Below are positions 24,290-37,633 of a stretch of DNA of 64,000 nt, in pieces. The notes beneath the pieces were generated by a model that was given only the letters and a program-made list of their open reading frames with translations, was not told the DNA's origin and searched no databases. The DNA comes from Psammoneis japonica. Its lineage: Eukaryota. Location: the NCBI GenBank assembly GCA_008632985.1, contig QPGO01000041.1:1-64000 (forward strand). Reading direction: 5' to 3'. The translations under genes and the position numbers were made by a program. Position 1 is the stretch's first letter. Every line of letters starts with the position of its first letter.

Positions 24290-25303
24290 ATGTTGGAAGG
24301 CAGTGCAGGGGCTGCGACGTTGGTGCTTGTGACGTTGGTGTTGATCACCATTTTGATTATAACCTTCCTCGACACACCACTCATTTCGGCAGCATCGTCA
24401 ATCAGAACCAGGATGAGGGGAGCCAACTTTGCGTCCCGCTCGCCTAACCAGCTCGAACATGATGGAGCAAAGTTTGTTTTCTTCATGGGTCTCGAAGGGA
24501 CGGGTCATCACATGATGGCAAGCCTTGTGGAGAGCTCGCCAATAAAGAAAAATATTCACAGGCTGAAATTAGAGGCAGATTTGTATACGTTGCAAATGAG
24601 TCTGTACGACAACGATAAAAAATCGGCCGGTTTGTGGAGTCTACCCTGTGAGCCAAATGGCGAGTACGGTCACAGTAGACCTATGGACGTTGTGACCGAT
24701 TTGCTGCAAAGGATGAAGACTCGCGCCTCATCTAATTTCAGCACTACCTCTAATGATATTGCCATCCCGATCAACTGCATCGGATTAGCCAGCCGCCCCC
24801 CTACCAACATGTTAAGCTACCCAAACTACTTGGGCACTTGTCGTCCATTGCAGTATCCAAATGTGGAGTTACTTGATCAAAGCTGCGCTGCTGCCAATGT
24901 CACTTGTGCCTATGTATATCTGTATCGAGATCCGCATGCAATTCTGCATTCGACGGCAGTGCGCCGCCATTACCATGCTACAATGAGCTCCGCCATTAAG
25001 CTTTACACGGGCCTCTACCATATTTTAGAAAGTCAGCTCCGCAATGTTGCTTCCTCGTTGCTGTTGTGTCACGACTATGATGATGAACCCAGCTGGGAAC
25101 TCGGGCGTCTACTTGGTTGGGAGAACAAAACAGCTTTTGGCATTATGCTTAAGGAAGTTTGGATGCGTTCACCTCCCATGACTCAAACAGAGAAAGAAGA
25201 GATGGTACCGTGGGAATTGCAGCCTTATATGAAATCAATGTTGCATGCTCATGGACAAACAAAGGACACCTGTCTCGCTCTTACGGGCCATAGCACACGA
25301 TGA
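24290..25303 (+). CDS. Sulfotransferase-like type II membrane protein
   Basis: N-terminal TM helix; FVFFMGLEGTGHH (5'-PSB-like loop) and YLYRDPHAILHS (3'-PB-like RDPxxxxxS). Start uncertain. Confidence 0.7.
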   Translation: MLEGSAGAATLVLVTLVLITILIITFLDTPLISAASSIRTRMRGANFASRSPNQLEHDGAKFVFFMGLEGTGHHMMASLVESSPIKKNIHRLKLEADLYTLQMSLYDNDKKSAGLWSLPCEPNGEYGHSRPMDVVTDLLQRMKTRASSNFSTTSNDIAIPINCIGLASRPPTNMLSYPNYLGTCRPLQYPNVELLDQSCAAANVTCAYVYLYRDPHAILHSTAVRRHYHATMSSAIKLYTGLYHILESQLRNVASSLLLCHDYDDEPSWELGRLLGWENKTAFGIMLKEVWMRSPPMTQTEKEEMVPWELQPYMKSMLHAHGQTKDTCLALTGHSTR

Positions 25304-25902
25304 AGCAGACTTGCAGACTCACTGTCGGGACTCCTTTACTGCACCGACACTGTGCTCCGACTACTGCACTGCATGCTTCATTCCCAAGCTGCTTGTGGGC
25401 TGTTGGCAAAGGCCAAAGGCATGGTCAACATTGTCGCTCCACGGGCAATATCTAGCAGAGGATTATCTCGCCTGAACAAACTTGTAATGGTCATTTTAGC
25501 ATAGACAACAGTTTCAATGGCATTGGAAAGATGCTTAACCACTACTTCTAATAGGCACCGGCACAAGTAGACTCTACTCTACTAGAGAAGACGAACGATA
25601 TACGGTATCGATGCAACGGGCCCGCTGGCGGGCGGAGCAACTTTTTACCGCGCTGTCTGTGTCCCGTGAATTGAATTCTCGCTCAGAGGTGACACGTACA
25701 TTCAGTACCTGAAGCTACGCAGCGAGAATCTCACCTCATTTTTTTGGCGCGGCGACCGCTCTTTTTCGCGCTGTACATACGTAGTGTGATTTCTGATTTC
25801 TGCTATTGCTGTCGCGTTGCGGTTGTTGTTTAGCTCGGCGGATTGTGATCGTAATACCCTTTGCCACTTGCTCTTGTCGTCGCACACCTCTGTTCTTAAG
25901 CT

Positions 25903-27422
25903 ATGAATGTTGTCCAGAGCAGCCGTCGTCGTACGTCGATTCTTCAAGAGTCGAGTGCAGACAACGCAAATCATGGTGGAGTTAATATTTTCTACAAGGA
26001 TCCTCCCAACTACGAACTGTCCTTGGATGAATTTGAAGAGTTTGCATTGGCTCGTCTCAAGGTATGTAATTGAATAGTTGGTATATGATGGATCTTGTAT
26101 GCACTGTCTAAGCTCTGATATTTCTGATTCACATCATATAACTCTTTGTTATCAATTTCAGGTACTTCGCAAAATTGAAGAACTCAAGGTTCGCAACGTG
26201 ACAGGGGAAGCTTATCGCGTCGCTCTCGACTCGACTCTCAAGGCGCAGGGCTTTACGAAGGATGAAAAGAAGAATACAGCCTCTCATTTCATCTTACGGG
26301 CCGCGTATTGCCGTACCGAGGACCTCCGCCGCTGGTTTCTGACGCATGAATCTCACTTGTTTCGTCACCGCATGGACGCGCTGCTCCAGAGTCCTCACAA
26401 GCTGCAAGCGTTCTTACGAACCAACATGCCCGACTTGACGCCAATGTCATCGGCGCAAAAGGAAGCATTGAGGGAAGAACTCCTCTGTGTCAACACGACA
26501 AGTCCAGCGGAATTTGCCTCTACGCCGTACTACGCAATTCCCTTTGTGCAAGCCTTGGAACTGGTAGCGCATCGGTCATGTCTTGTGAAAAAGGGAATTG
26601 CCTATGTCCCCGGAACCAAGATTGTCTCGACACTTGCGGCCAAGTTTCGCATGAATCTCTCCAAGAGTTTGTCCATGGCCTCGTTGGAACTGGCCAATGT
26701 GTTGGAGGAAAAGAGCCGCATAGCTCCGCTGCTCAAGAATATGAATTCCCAATACGCGATTTCTGCCAATGAACGCGAAACCAAATTGCCCGGTGGTCTT
26801 GAACTCACGGCTGCGACGGTCGACAAGTATGCCAAAAACATGCCGCTCTGCATGTCGCAACTTCACAAGGGCCTCAAGCAGGATTCCAAGTTGCGTCACT
26901 GGGGACGATTGCAGTACGGACTCTTTCTCAAGGGTGCCGGCATGTCCATGGAAGAATCCACGTTTTTTTCCAAAGCGTCTTTACCAAGATCATGACGACG
27001 GACGCCTTTCACAAGAATTACAGTTACGGTATCCGTCACATGTACGGAAAGGAAGGAAAGCGCGCTTCCTATACGCCCTACAATTGTATGAAAATCATCA
27101 TGGGCGCGGCTCCCACGACTTCGGGTGAGCACCACGGCTGTCCCTATCGTCATTACGATGCGGATCACTTGAATGCACTCTTGACCAAAATGAAAATTGG
27201 AACTCCTCAAGATCGGGCTGCCATTCTGCGGGAGAAAAAGCAAGCAATTACCAATTGGCTTGTGTCAAGCACTTTCAAATCATGCATCCAAACACCACGG
27301 TCAACATGGAGGGAGTTGGGAATCATCCCAATGCGTGGTTTGCGTCGAGTGTGGCGCATGTTTATGGAGACAACGACAAGGGCAAATCAGAGGACGCGGT
27401 TGTGGAGATGCAGCAAACGTAA
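25903..27422 (+). CDS. PRIM2: DNA primase large subunit (intron 26062-26161; apparent frameshifts near 26965 and 27240)
   Basis: LSLDEFEEFALARLK|VLRKIE, SHFILRAAYC, MPLCMSQLH, LRHWGRLQYGLFLKGAG, YGIRHMYGKEGKR, HGCPYRH, NYQLAC, NHPNAWF; Fe-S cysteines present. Confidence 0.95.
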
Positions 27423-27851
27423 AGCGCAATAGAATTGAGAGTGTCGTAGTATGAACTCTCTAGAGAGTGTTTCTAGAGAGTTGCAGTAGTAAACAGGAGT
27501 AATCAGTGAAGTTATTGTCCGTTTTCATTTTTCGGAAATATGAATTATGGGCCGCCGTGCTTTTCATTCCCAAAATGTCGGATTCGATGACGTCATTAGT
27601 GAAAGTACACAAATTGCGATAGTGACATCAGAAAATCGGAATTCGTCACAATTTCATCTGCCCGCCAAAAGAAAAGGATTCTGCTTCCGATGCAAATCAT
27701 GGAAGTTGCAGTGAATCTGTTAGAGATGTGACAAACGGGTGTCGACTGACGCCAGCCACAATCTTGGCGAGGGAGGACCTCGTCCACGAAAAACAGGCCC
27801 GCACTGTCTGTAGAAACGATTGAGTGGCGAGTGTTTGAGGGAGTCGCGAAG

Positions 27852-29476
27852 ATGGCGGAGGAAACAACGCCGTTGACAAAGACCACTCTTCTGTTCTCTG
27901 CTGGTAGTTTTTCTTCTTCTGGTAGTGGACTAACATCAATTGAAGAAGGGGATGAAGGGATTAGTGGTGAATATAACAATGAAAATACTGATTACCCCAA
28001 TCAGATTGAATGTCTCAAGCCGGTAGAGTTGCCAAAGTCAAAGCCCAAGTCGACCATATGGAAGAAGCATGCGTTTATGAGACGCATTGACAAGAGCGCC
28101 CTGTTCTTTGCCATTCGAATGGCGACGCTTTTGACTATCTCTGCTCTTTTTGTACTCGTTCCCATCAACAAGCGCTACTTTCCTTCGGGCATGTGGGTGC
28201 TAGTGTCGGTTCTGTTTGTTTCTTGGTTCCCCTCTCTGGATGCTGCGTCAGTCATTGAAAAGATCATTCAACGACTTATAGGCACGTTTGTGGGTGCCTT
28301 CTTAGGGCTCAGCTGTGGCTTTACATCTCTACTGTTCTTCAATTCAAGAAACAGCCAAGCCGTCTTTTTGGCAGTTTGCACTTTTATCTTTACCTTTGGT
28401 ATTATCTTTTTTGCCGGTCAATGCAAAGTGGGACGAGTCAAGGTGATTCGGAGATTTGCCTATGCCACCATTCTTTGCGTGTTGACGTTTTGCATCTGCG
28501 TCTTGCCTTTCGGTTTAGACGAAATCCAAAATGGTTAAGAGCGACGTGGCGAGTCATTAACGTCGTGGTGGGGTGCATCATTGGAGCCATTGGCTCAATC
28601 ACGGTGTTTCCCACGTCTACAACGGACGTTCTATACCAGAAGGCTGCCCGTCAAGTTCAAATGGCCGGTACCGCAAGTGAGGCAGTGTTGCACATGGCTG
28701 CTAATTTCTTTGCTGGTCGAATTCGTGTGAATCGATTGGCAGATGAGCTGCTACAGACTCCGCTGGAGAGCGAGTTGCGCTGGAAGCTACTCCGATCAGG
28801 CGATAACAGCTTTTGTAGCGAAGCATCGACGGAAAACAGTGGCGCCACAGACGTGGCACTGAAGAAATACGAGGACGCCATTGCAGATTGGAAAACGAGC
28901 AAGGCACTTTTTCCGCTCACCAAGTATGACCCGTTTCGTCTCAATATGGAAAACGACGATATTGCAATGGCTTTTCATACCGAGATTGCAAGAACCTTGG
29001 CGAGAACCTTGAGGATCCAAACGACGATTGTGGTCATTGATGGTATGGTACGAAGTGATGCCGATTATTCGTTTACGCAAGGTCAGCTATCATCATTTAT
29101 AGAAACAGGTTCACTGATCAAAAACATGCTGAAATTGCCACTGGATCAAAGCCGATCCAAGCTGGCAGCGAAACACCTCTTTGAAAAGCTAGAGGAAACG
29201 AGGTTGGATATTGTGAAGGTATCTGCATCCGTTTCAGGAGAGTCAGAACTCGAGGATGAGCGATACGAGAGCTTGGAGGACTTCAAATCAAACCTCTTTG
29301 GCGGGTATCAAGAAAGCATAAGGACCGAAGATGACATGGGCAGAGGTATTCCAAAGAACGCAACAGGTCAAAGTGACAATACACTTTTCTTTCTGCAATT
29401 AGTGGAGCACCTCATTCTTAGGTCTCTCCGACTATATCAAGCTTGGCAACACGTAGAAACAATACGTCAAAACTAA
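27852..29476 (+). CDS. Aluminium-activated malate transporter / FUSC-like membrane protein (apparent frameshift ~28520)
   Basis: FAIRMATLL, WVLVSVLFV, KIIQRLIGTFVGAFLG, WRVINVVVGCIIG...VFP TM pattern followed by a helical soluble C-terminus. Confidence 0.8.
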
Positions 29477-29812
29477 AACGTAGTTGCGCATAATATTTCT
29501 GTTTGTGGAATTCTTCACGACTTTTCTCGACAGCTCAAGGTAGTAACTACAAGTACGCACAACTCTGGTCTTGTTATTTTAGTCGATATAGATGAAATGG
29601 AAAACGCTCCAGTGTTGCAATAAAGTACGGTAGGAATACAACAGTATCCGCCACCAACACAGGGCTTATTACAATCCCCTACTTCGTAACAAACCACCAG
29701 ATGATTGAAATGCCGCATTTTTGCCGATTCCTTCGAAATTGCGATGCGCCACGGACTGTTGCGTACTGTCAACTTGCATATGATACGGTGACGGCAAGTT
29801 ACTGCAGAGCAT

Positions 29813-30862
29813 CTAACAGCCTTTGAGCACCTTTTCAAGCACCCATTCAGGCACATTGGATGTCGGACGAAACGTTTTTCTATCCAAGGTGTACAGAGTG
29901 ACAACACCCTGTGCGAGACGGTTTCCACCCTCCAGACACAATGTTTGAAAAAAATCCATACGCATGCCACCTTTGCGGACCTTGACAGTAGATTTCACAG
30001 TTAATTCTTCTCCAACCAATGGCTTTTCCACCTCTTGTTGAAGCAACATCAAGTCTTCAACGGCTGCCACCACAAAAACAAGGTCGTGCTCCTCTTGCAC
30101 CTTGCGTAGCACGTCTGGACCTCCCAATTGATTGGTTCGAAGACGTTCAAAGAAAGTCAAGACGGTGCGTAGAGGTAGGTGAGTGGGGTGATGGGGATCA
30201 AACTCGTCGCGGTATGCCACAAACGAGTGACTCAGTTCAATTTGATCGTCATCAGCGACAAAAGGTTCTGCGGAATGAAAAGGAACTGATTTTTCAGAAG
30301 CACCGTTTGCGGAGGAAAGGCATCTAGCGAGAGACATCCCTTGCACAATATGAAAAACAGTGTCGCCGTCTAAACTCTGCATGGTCAAATCCCAGACTTG
30401 ACGACTGTCTCCATCGTGCTGCTTTAATTCTCCCTTGACGACAAAGGCATCCCCAAGCTTGGGTGATGTTCGAAACTTTTGTTGCTTCACCGACGTAATG
30501 ACAAAGTCGCTGCTACCGCCATCACTGTTGAACAGATTTAACTGCAGAGCCCTATCGTAAAAGCGCAAGTAGTTGGAATTGTACACGACCCCGTAAAAAT
30601 CCGTATCTTCAATGTTGACTTTCATTGGATTCGACGTGAAGGAGGATTGGATAGAATCTGCAGAGGGCGCACCATTTACAGCAGCAGGAGGAACCAACTC
30701 GGTCCTACTGACAGAGAGCTGTATCGCTCCATTGGTAGTCCTCGAAGATGAATGACGACCAACGACCTGAAACGATTGTACGCTGTCGAGACGAGGAACT
30801 AGCAACATGATCGAAAGGAACGTTACCCGAACGCAGCTGCCGAGGAATGGCGCCAAGATCAT
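29813..30862 (-). CDS. Double hotdog-fold (4HBT/YbgC-like) acyl thioesterase, possibly plastid-targeted
   Basis: VNIEDTDFYGVVYNSNYLRFYDRA; second hotdog repeat (FERLRTNQLGG...VFVV); N-terminal signal-like sequence ending VQS-F. Start uncertain. Confidence 0.8.
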   Translation of the reverse strand: MILAPFLGSCVRVTFLSIMLLVPRLDSVQSFQVVGRHSSSRTTNGAIQLSVSRTELVPPAAVNGAPSADSIQSSFTSNPMKVNIEDTDFYGVVYNSNYLRFYDRALQLNLFNSDGGSSDFVITSVKQQKFRTSPKLGDAFVVKGELKQHDGDSRQVWDLTMQSLDGDTVFHIVQGMSLARCLSSANGASEKSVPFHSAEPFVADDDQIELSHSFVAYRDEFDPHHPTHLPLRTVLTFFERLRTNQLGGPDVLRKVQEEHDLVFVVAAVEDLMLLQQEVEKPLVGEELTVKSTVKVRKGGMRMDFFQTLCLEGGNRLAQGVVTLYTLDRKTFRPTSNVPEWVLEKVLKGC

Positions 30863-32505
30863 TGTCACTAACAGCGCTGATGCCACAAGCTTCTAAGGTT
30901 TCACTAGACTCGAAAGACTACCCGTTCTCTCCACTCAAAACGTAAGCGTAGTATTGTGAGGGGGGCTCATGCGTCGTGTTTTCGCAATCGAGAGAGGACC
31001 AACGCAACGGAGGTGTGCAAGGAATTTGAAAATTTTCGACGTCAGTGCACCTCCAACTGAATAGTTGACGTCATCATTACGATGCCTAACCTTCGTCGGG
31101 TGACTGTCATTCGTCGGCACCGCCTGTGTCCTCTCTCGCGTGAAGAAAACCAGCAATGTTCCGCCATCACCCCTTAGCCTCCCTCTCGAATGTTCCTTCC
31201 AGTGTCATTCAGTTTCCCTTTCCACTCACATTCTCTTCACATTTGCCTCAATCGCTTTCCAAACATCATCTGCCTCTGCAGAGCGGCATGGAGGAAATCA
31301 GCCCCCCCCTCCTTGGCCATGTGGGATTTGGTGCTGAGCTGCCCGCCAGTGATGCCATGCAACACCTTCTCAGCAGGGCCTGCAAAGCATCGGGTTTGCC
31401 AAAACCAAAGCCATGGCCAGACAACTGTCCTCACACACAAAAGAATTGGCTCCAAGAAGCTTGGTGCTTTCTTGTTCTCCAGCTGCCAGCAGCCTCACTC
31501 TCTGGCGCACACTCCCCTCTTGCAGCAGCACAACCTGTCTGCTTCTTCTTCTTTCTCATCCTCATTTCCTGCCTCCTTTGTCCTGCACACTCATGCTGTG
31601 TGCCCCTCTCCAAGCAACATGACACTTGAGCTCCTGCTTGTGTGCGCTTTTGTGAGGCAGCGCATGAGACCTCTCTGGACAAACGCGCGTCTGTGACAAT
31701 TGAGCCTCGGTGACCCTCATGCTTCCAGCTCTGCATGATCTCTCACTGGTTTTGCAGTGTTGTGATTTTGCCAATGTGATGTCATCCTTGGTTTGGCATT
31801 TTGCTGCATCTTGTCATTTCAGCTGCTGCCGGCTGTTTCGGTGCATGCAGTCAGAGTGTGGCACAGCTGGCAGTCCTTTGTGAAAGAGACTTGTGCCTGG
31901 CTGGACTTTTTTCAAGGGGGACTGTGGAGTGGGGGCATCATTGTTTTGGGATTTGACTGGCCCACATCATGTGAGTTTGAGCATCAAGGTTGCTGCACTC
32001 GACAATGGCTGCAGGTTTTGCAAAATGTGACAGCTGTTGCAGCCACATTTGTGAAGTGTTTTGTGGTGCCTGAGGTGGGACACTCAGCATGTGCCAAAGA
32101 GATTGAGAGGTGCCATTGAGAGGTGTTTGCAGCTGGTGTTGTTGTTTTCTTGATTCTGCACAGCAAAAATTCTTGGAGAGTGCAAGCCCCTTGCTGGGGT
32201 CAACATGTTCCTTGAGCAGTGTGCCGCACATCATGCAGGAGGGGATTTTGATTTTTTGCAGTCACAGGGCTGCTTGAGCAACTTTCATCTGGAAACCAGC
32301 GCAGCGTGCAGCGGTTCCGTCTGGACTTTGTCGGGGTGCTGCAAAACACCTCTGTTGGGAAAACATCAAAAAAACGCACACCATGATGAGCACCGTCTTG
32401 TCGACGTTTATTTCACCACAACTGCAAGGTGTGTCACAGTGATGCTAAAGGAACAATTTCTTCTTCTACACTCAGGTGACACTGTGTCTTCAAATTTTTC
32501 ACAGG

Positions 32506-35500
32506 ATGTCACTGTCAGTGAAGAAAAGGTCTCGGAGAGTGTACGGTGGTTCCTCTCGGTCAAACGTGGTGACTGTTGATTGTGAGCTCGGATTGCTTTG
32601 TTCATCAGAGAAGACGTGCACGAGTTGTGAGAATGCAACACACACTTCAATTGAAAGCCAGTGTGAGCTGGGTTGTGCCGATGAATGTGCAAGATGCGTC
32701 AGTTGCTTCGGCAGTGCTGTTGCATTGAGAGGTTGTGATGCAATGCTGTGCTGCGGGGCATGCAACAACCAAACAACGGAGTGTGCAATGCATGCAGTCC
32801 GATTTGAACGCAACAATGGTGCTGTCAAACCCATTCAACAACCCAGCTGTCGTGAAATCACTCCTCCCGATTCCAAGATGGATCCGGTGCATCATTTCAT
32901 CTGAAACAAGGAAACGCCGGACCAACTCTTCGGAGACAACACTTGCGTCGCGTCATCAAGGATTCAAGATTGCGCCTCCACAACCTTTGCTGGATGCAAG
33001 GGCGATGGAAATCTTTCATTGGTTTCCACTGTCTGCCTGCTTGCTCTCAGGAACATTGGAATGATGCCATGAAAGAAGCAATTGAGAAAATCTTCAAGTT
33101 TTTTCACACCGTCCTAATCACCCTTTGCCCAACAAAAAAGTTTGATTCATCAGAGCTGTCGAATCGGTCAACTTTAACAAAGCTTGCATGCAATCAGGAG
33201 TTCATTCTCCTCAGATGTCTCTGCTCTCTTGGGTGTGGAGAAATGCTGGACGACAGCATGCCAGAACTCCAAGTGCTGAGCCAGTCCAAAGTGTGGGACA
33301 AGCACTTGAAGTGCATCTTTGCTGCTGCTGATGTGCTGCTCTGCCTTCGAAATGAGCATTCAGGGATTACAAAATCGGTGCCAAGCAAGCAGTTGGTGGC
33401 ACAAGCTGTCCCAAAGGCTGTTTTCTCCTCCTTGGGTGATTGTGGGACAGTGCAGGGGAAGGGTGCCGAGAACAAGAGCACGCACTTGCGAGTCCAAGAA
33501 CTGATCAGAAAGGGCATTGACTTTAAAGAGTTTTCAAAGTGTTGTCATGTCACTGTTCATTTTGATGACATTGGCCACAAGAGCCGGGGCGGTGAAAATG
33601 TGGGATGCAAACAATCGATGCTCCGTGTCATCGTGGAGACCACAGTTGACGAGTTGAAGCAACACAAGATTTATGACAACGCCAACCAACCAAGTTGGAC
33701 AAGCAAGACATGGTCTAAGGAGATTGTCAAGCCTGACTTTCCGGGTGCAGAAGAAATTGCTGCTCCACCGGCAAAAGCGGTCGACCGCACAGGTGAAGAA
33801 TTTCTCCGTTCATTGGAACATGCAATGAAACTCGAGAGCAATGGACGATTCGTTTCTCACAAAGATGCAGAGACCATTGTCAGCAGAGGAACAACTTGGA
33901 GCACAGAGTTTGATGATTGGTGTCATCAAGGTTCGCGTTTAGCTGCAAAAGATGGGTTTGCACCTTCGGGTGGCGGAAACCAGGCCCCAACCGCAAACCA
34001 TGATGCAGAGGTCAATGCGTTGATGGAGACAAACAATGGAATTGGAGATCTGCCACTCGAGCTTGACTTGTCAATGACTGGTGCAAATGACAAACTCCTG
34101 GAGCATGGCACCTACATTGAAAAGATGATTCTAGCTCATGGAAAGGATGACGATGAGCTCACAAGTTGGGGGGCTGAACCAACAATGAAACACGCATCCG
34201 TCACGCATGCATGCGATGGAGACCCTGCTGTTGTCATGAATGATTTGAAGCGACAGAATCCTTTGCATGCCCGTGCCTTGATTGTTTCACAGGGCTTTCA
34301 CCTGGGGATGAAGAGCTTGAAAGTTGATGGCTTGCTGTTCGGTCCGTGCCTTGTTCAGGAGATGTTCATGATGCTTGGTCGCAACACATCAGGCAAACTG
34401 AACTGGGTGCTGAATCCGGGCGACCCGCGTCAAGCTGAAGAGGAGCATGAGATTGTTGTTTGTACAATGTTCACAGATGCAATACGAGGCTGCTGTGAAT
34501 GTCAAAATGGCGATCCCGATTCTGTGGAAGTGAGTCCCGTCGACGTGTTGGACCACATCATTGCACGAGCTTTGAAGCATCCGGCAATTCTTCGTTTGCC
34601 AGTGCACCTTCAATTGATGATGACTTTTTTGTTCTGTGTCATTCGGAAAAAAATGCAGATGCAGAAGAATGCGAAATGAGCTTGAGGTTGATGGCACTCT
34701 TCACTTCAGCGGGTCATGCTGCTGGGTGCGTCTCACTGATCGCTGACCAAATTCGAGATTTTCACTGTTGCAGTGATCCTCAGAAGAAAATGTGGGTGCT
34801 TTCGCTGTTCCGCAAGACCGTGCATGGGAAAAATCAGTTCAGCGACCAATTCTTTGAGAACATTGTTGGGCATGCAAGACTGCACTTGGGCAAGCATGCG
34901 TGTGGCAACGATGATGACAAACACTGCAAACGGCTTCGTGAAGTTGCCATGGAATCAAACAACAACCAGAGATGCCGGAACATGAACAAGAAAGCGCCAA
35001 AATCTGATGAAGCGGGCCCTCGGCAAATGCGAGTGAACAAGAATTTTTGTGAGTTGTTGTTGCATCTTCGAGACGTCAATTGCTTTGGCCCTGGTGCTCC
35101 GCGTGTCATCCCTGCAGAGCCATTCATGAAAAGAATGCCCATTGCAAGTTGTCGTGAAGTGGAAGAACTAGAATGTGTGGGACCATCGGGAAGATCTGCG
35201 AATGCTCAAAGCTGCTTCGTCACATCAACAGGACAAAACCGATTCGTGGACTGCTTTGAGAAATTCATTGCAAATGGCAATCCATCTGATTGTGCTCGTC
35301 CAGAGACAGGTGAAGACGGAGTTGATCTTTCACTGATGCCGCCAGAAGCAGACAAGAAGGACACAGCACTTGAGGATGAGCTGAGGCAATGCTGCTCAGA
35401 GGATTACAGCTTCTTGATGAAGCGGTTTGTCTGCACAGTGCCAGAGCTTGACAAGGAGCCAGCACATCTGGCAGCAAAGCTTGAGCCGTCGGCGTGGCAA

Positions 35501-35914
35501 GGAATCGTGGCGGCTTGCCCGAAACCTGTCAAAGGGGGTTTGAACAAACCTTTGAAAGTCCACAGAATTATTTTAGGGAGGCAAGCAATGCGCAAGATGG
35601 ATCCAGAATGGCCGGAGTCTCGAAAGGAGGAGTTTAAGGTGAAACGGCAGTCGGAGAGAGCTAGCGAATTTGCCAAATTTGAAGCAAGACTGAAAGCAGA
35701 GATTGACCAAGACATCCTGTCGATGAATGAACGTGTCCGATCTAAATTTGCTCGCAAGCATGCGATCACACGCAAGCGGCAAACTGCTGAAAATGCTGCG
35801 ACTGTGCCACCCTCGCCTGCATCCCAAGAGAGTTCAGCAGCTTTCTCAGTGCGGTCCAATCAATCTGCTGTGTGTGGATTGACGGGATTTTCTCAGTCTC
35901 CAGCATGGTTTTGA
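32506..35914 (+). pseudogene. Academ-like transposase, frameshifted and TpA-mutated
   Basis: HFDDIGHK (cf. DNI), ACDGDPAV...QGFHLGMKSL (cf. D.....GGFH.M), FTSAGHAAGC, FSDQFFENIV (cf. DQ..EQ); Cys-rich N-terminus. Confidence 0.65.
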
Positions 35915-35989
35915 TTCTACAAGTTAGGGCCCCAGTGGTGCCAAATAAATCTTGATGCAGCAAAAGAGCAAATGCAATGCAAAGCCTCT

Positions 35990-37633
35990 TACGTGACTGG
36001 GCCCTGCAGTGACACGAAGTGGGCGGTCCTTCGAAAATTTTCTCTAAGTCGAAGAGGCATTTCCCCCTCTACACAGTCGCGGCAGCAGTGCCGAATTGCC
36101 AACTTAGAATCTGTGGAACTGATCCAGTCTATGTCTTCCTCATTGACAGAGCTTTCGGGCATGCAAAACAGATTGGTCATCATCTTAGGAGGTGAATGTC
36201 GGAGGCAGTTTTAGCGATCCAGATTGATCCAACGGAAAGATTCTCTACGGCAAAGTCGGAAAACAGACGGATTTGTTCATGGGGCTCTCCACTGGTGAAA
36301 GCAGGCTAGCGAACATAAATTTACACAGTGCGACGCTCGTCAGTTGAAATGTTCTTCATGTGTGGTGTGTGCAAAGCAGTGGGCAGTGTAGACCAGTTTT
36401 AGACCACCACAATCACAGCTCTTCAATGACTTCAGTGAAGGGTCTGGGCGTTTTTGACGGTTTCATGCGACTCTTCTTGAAAGATTCAATGCAGTCTTCG
36501 ACAGCAGGCAAAACCAAACTGTCTTCACCTGCAACTGGTGGGCAGAAATGAAAAGAGTCATTGCACCGGCTTTCACTCCTGGTGACTGTCTTGAATGCTG
36601 TCATGACTGGCTTTGTGTCATGCTTCGAATGCATCAGTGCCAACAACTCAGGTTTCTTCGCCGGAAGGTCAATGGGATTGCGTCGTCCACCGTCAATGTC
36701 GGTTGGCTCAATTTCATTCAGCACCAAGCACACAATGTGCACACAAGGCTCATCACCAAGCCGATCTGGACAATGTGAAGTGTCAATGGCAGTCCCCACT
36801 TTCCTCAACAATCCGTGAATCGATTCAATGACGTGTCTGTCTGCCTGTTGACACAGCGTGGTGGCATTCGTTCCAACTGGGTGCGGTTTGACGGTTGATT
36901 TTTTCACGTTCTCAGCCTTTTTTGCCAGTGCCATGCGTTCCTCTTCTGGAGAAAGAAGTGATGTGGCCTTGAGATTGAAATTTGCACCACCATCGTCTTC
37001 GGCGGCACTCACCTGCTCTTCGGAATCTGGCGCTGGGGTTGTGACATGACGCTTCTTGTTCGCAGTGCCTCTAAAAAAATTTCTCGACGATTCCAACAAA
37101 GTTGGTGATGTGAGCCTTTCTTTGGGTGGAGTGTCATTCACAGAAGGTTCCTGTGGCGACTCTCTAGCCAATTGACTTCCTCCAACATGTGCAGTTTGTT
37201 CCGCAGCAGTGTCCGGCATGGGTGAAACTGCTCGCGGCAACGCCGCAGCTCTGTTGTCAACTGGAGCAAGCTTGGTTTCAATTGCAGCCTTTTGATCCAT
37301 CAAAACACAAACTCGTTGCTCACACACAGTTTTCTCCCATCGTGGCATCTCACTCCAGCGTTTTTGCTCCAGCTTCCGCTCAGCGGCGTCCATCTCAACA
37401 AAACTCCGAACCTTCTTGAAAATGGTGCGCCAACTCGTGTCACAACCAACCACATGGCGTGGCATTGAGTCTCCATCACATTCCAACTTTAGTGCCGCAA
37501 CGATTGACAAGCTGTCTGTGGCATCAATCAGCATCATTTGCCTCTCCTCGGTCCGATTGTACGATGGAACAGGAATCAGTACGTCACATCGGGTGACCCC
37601 ATTCAACTGCGCATCATTCGATGATGGGGCCAT
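35990..37633 (-). pseudogene. Second (accessory) ORF of the Academ-like element, Cys-rich C-terminal part
   Basis: 406-aa ORF 36413-37633 starting ~110 bp inside the right TIR; further Cys-rich fragments continue to ~35990. Confidence 0.5.

Noticed and set aside
32506..35914. Alternative genetic code in Tyr-poor ORFs
   Set aside because: Neighbouring host genes use the standard code with normal Tyr, and non-coding repeat DNA is equally TpA-poor
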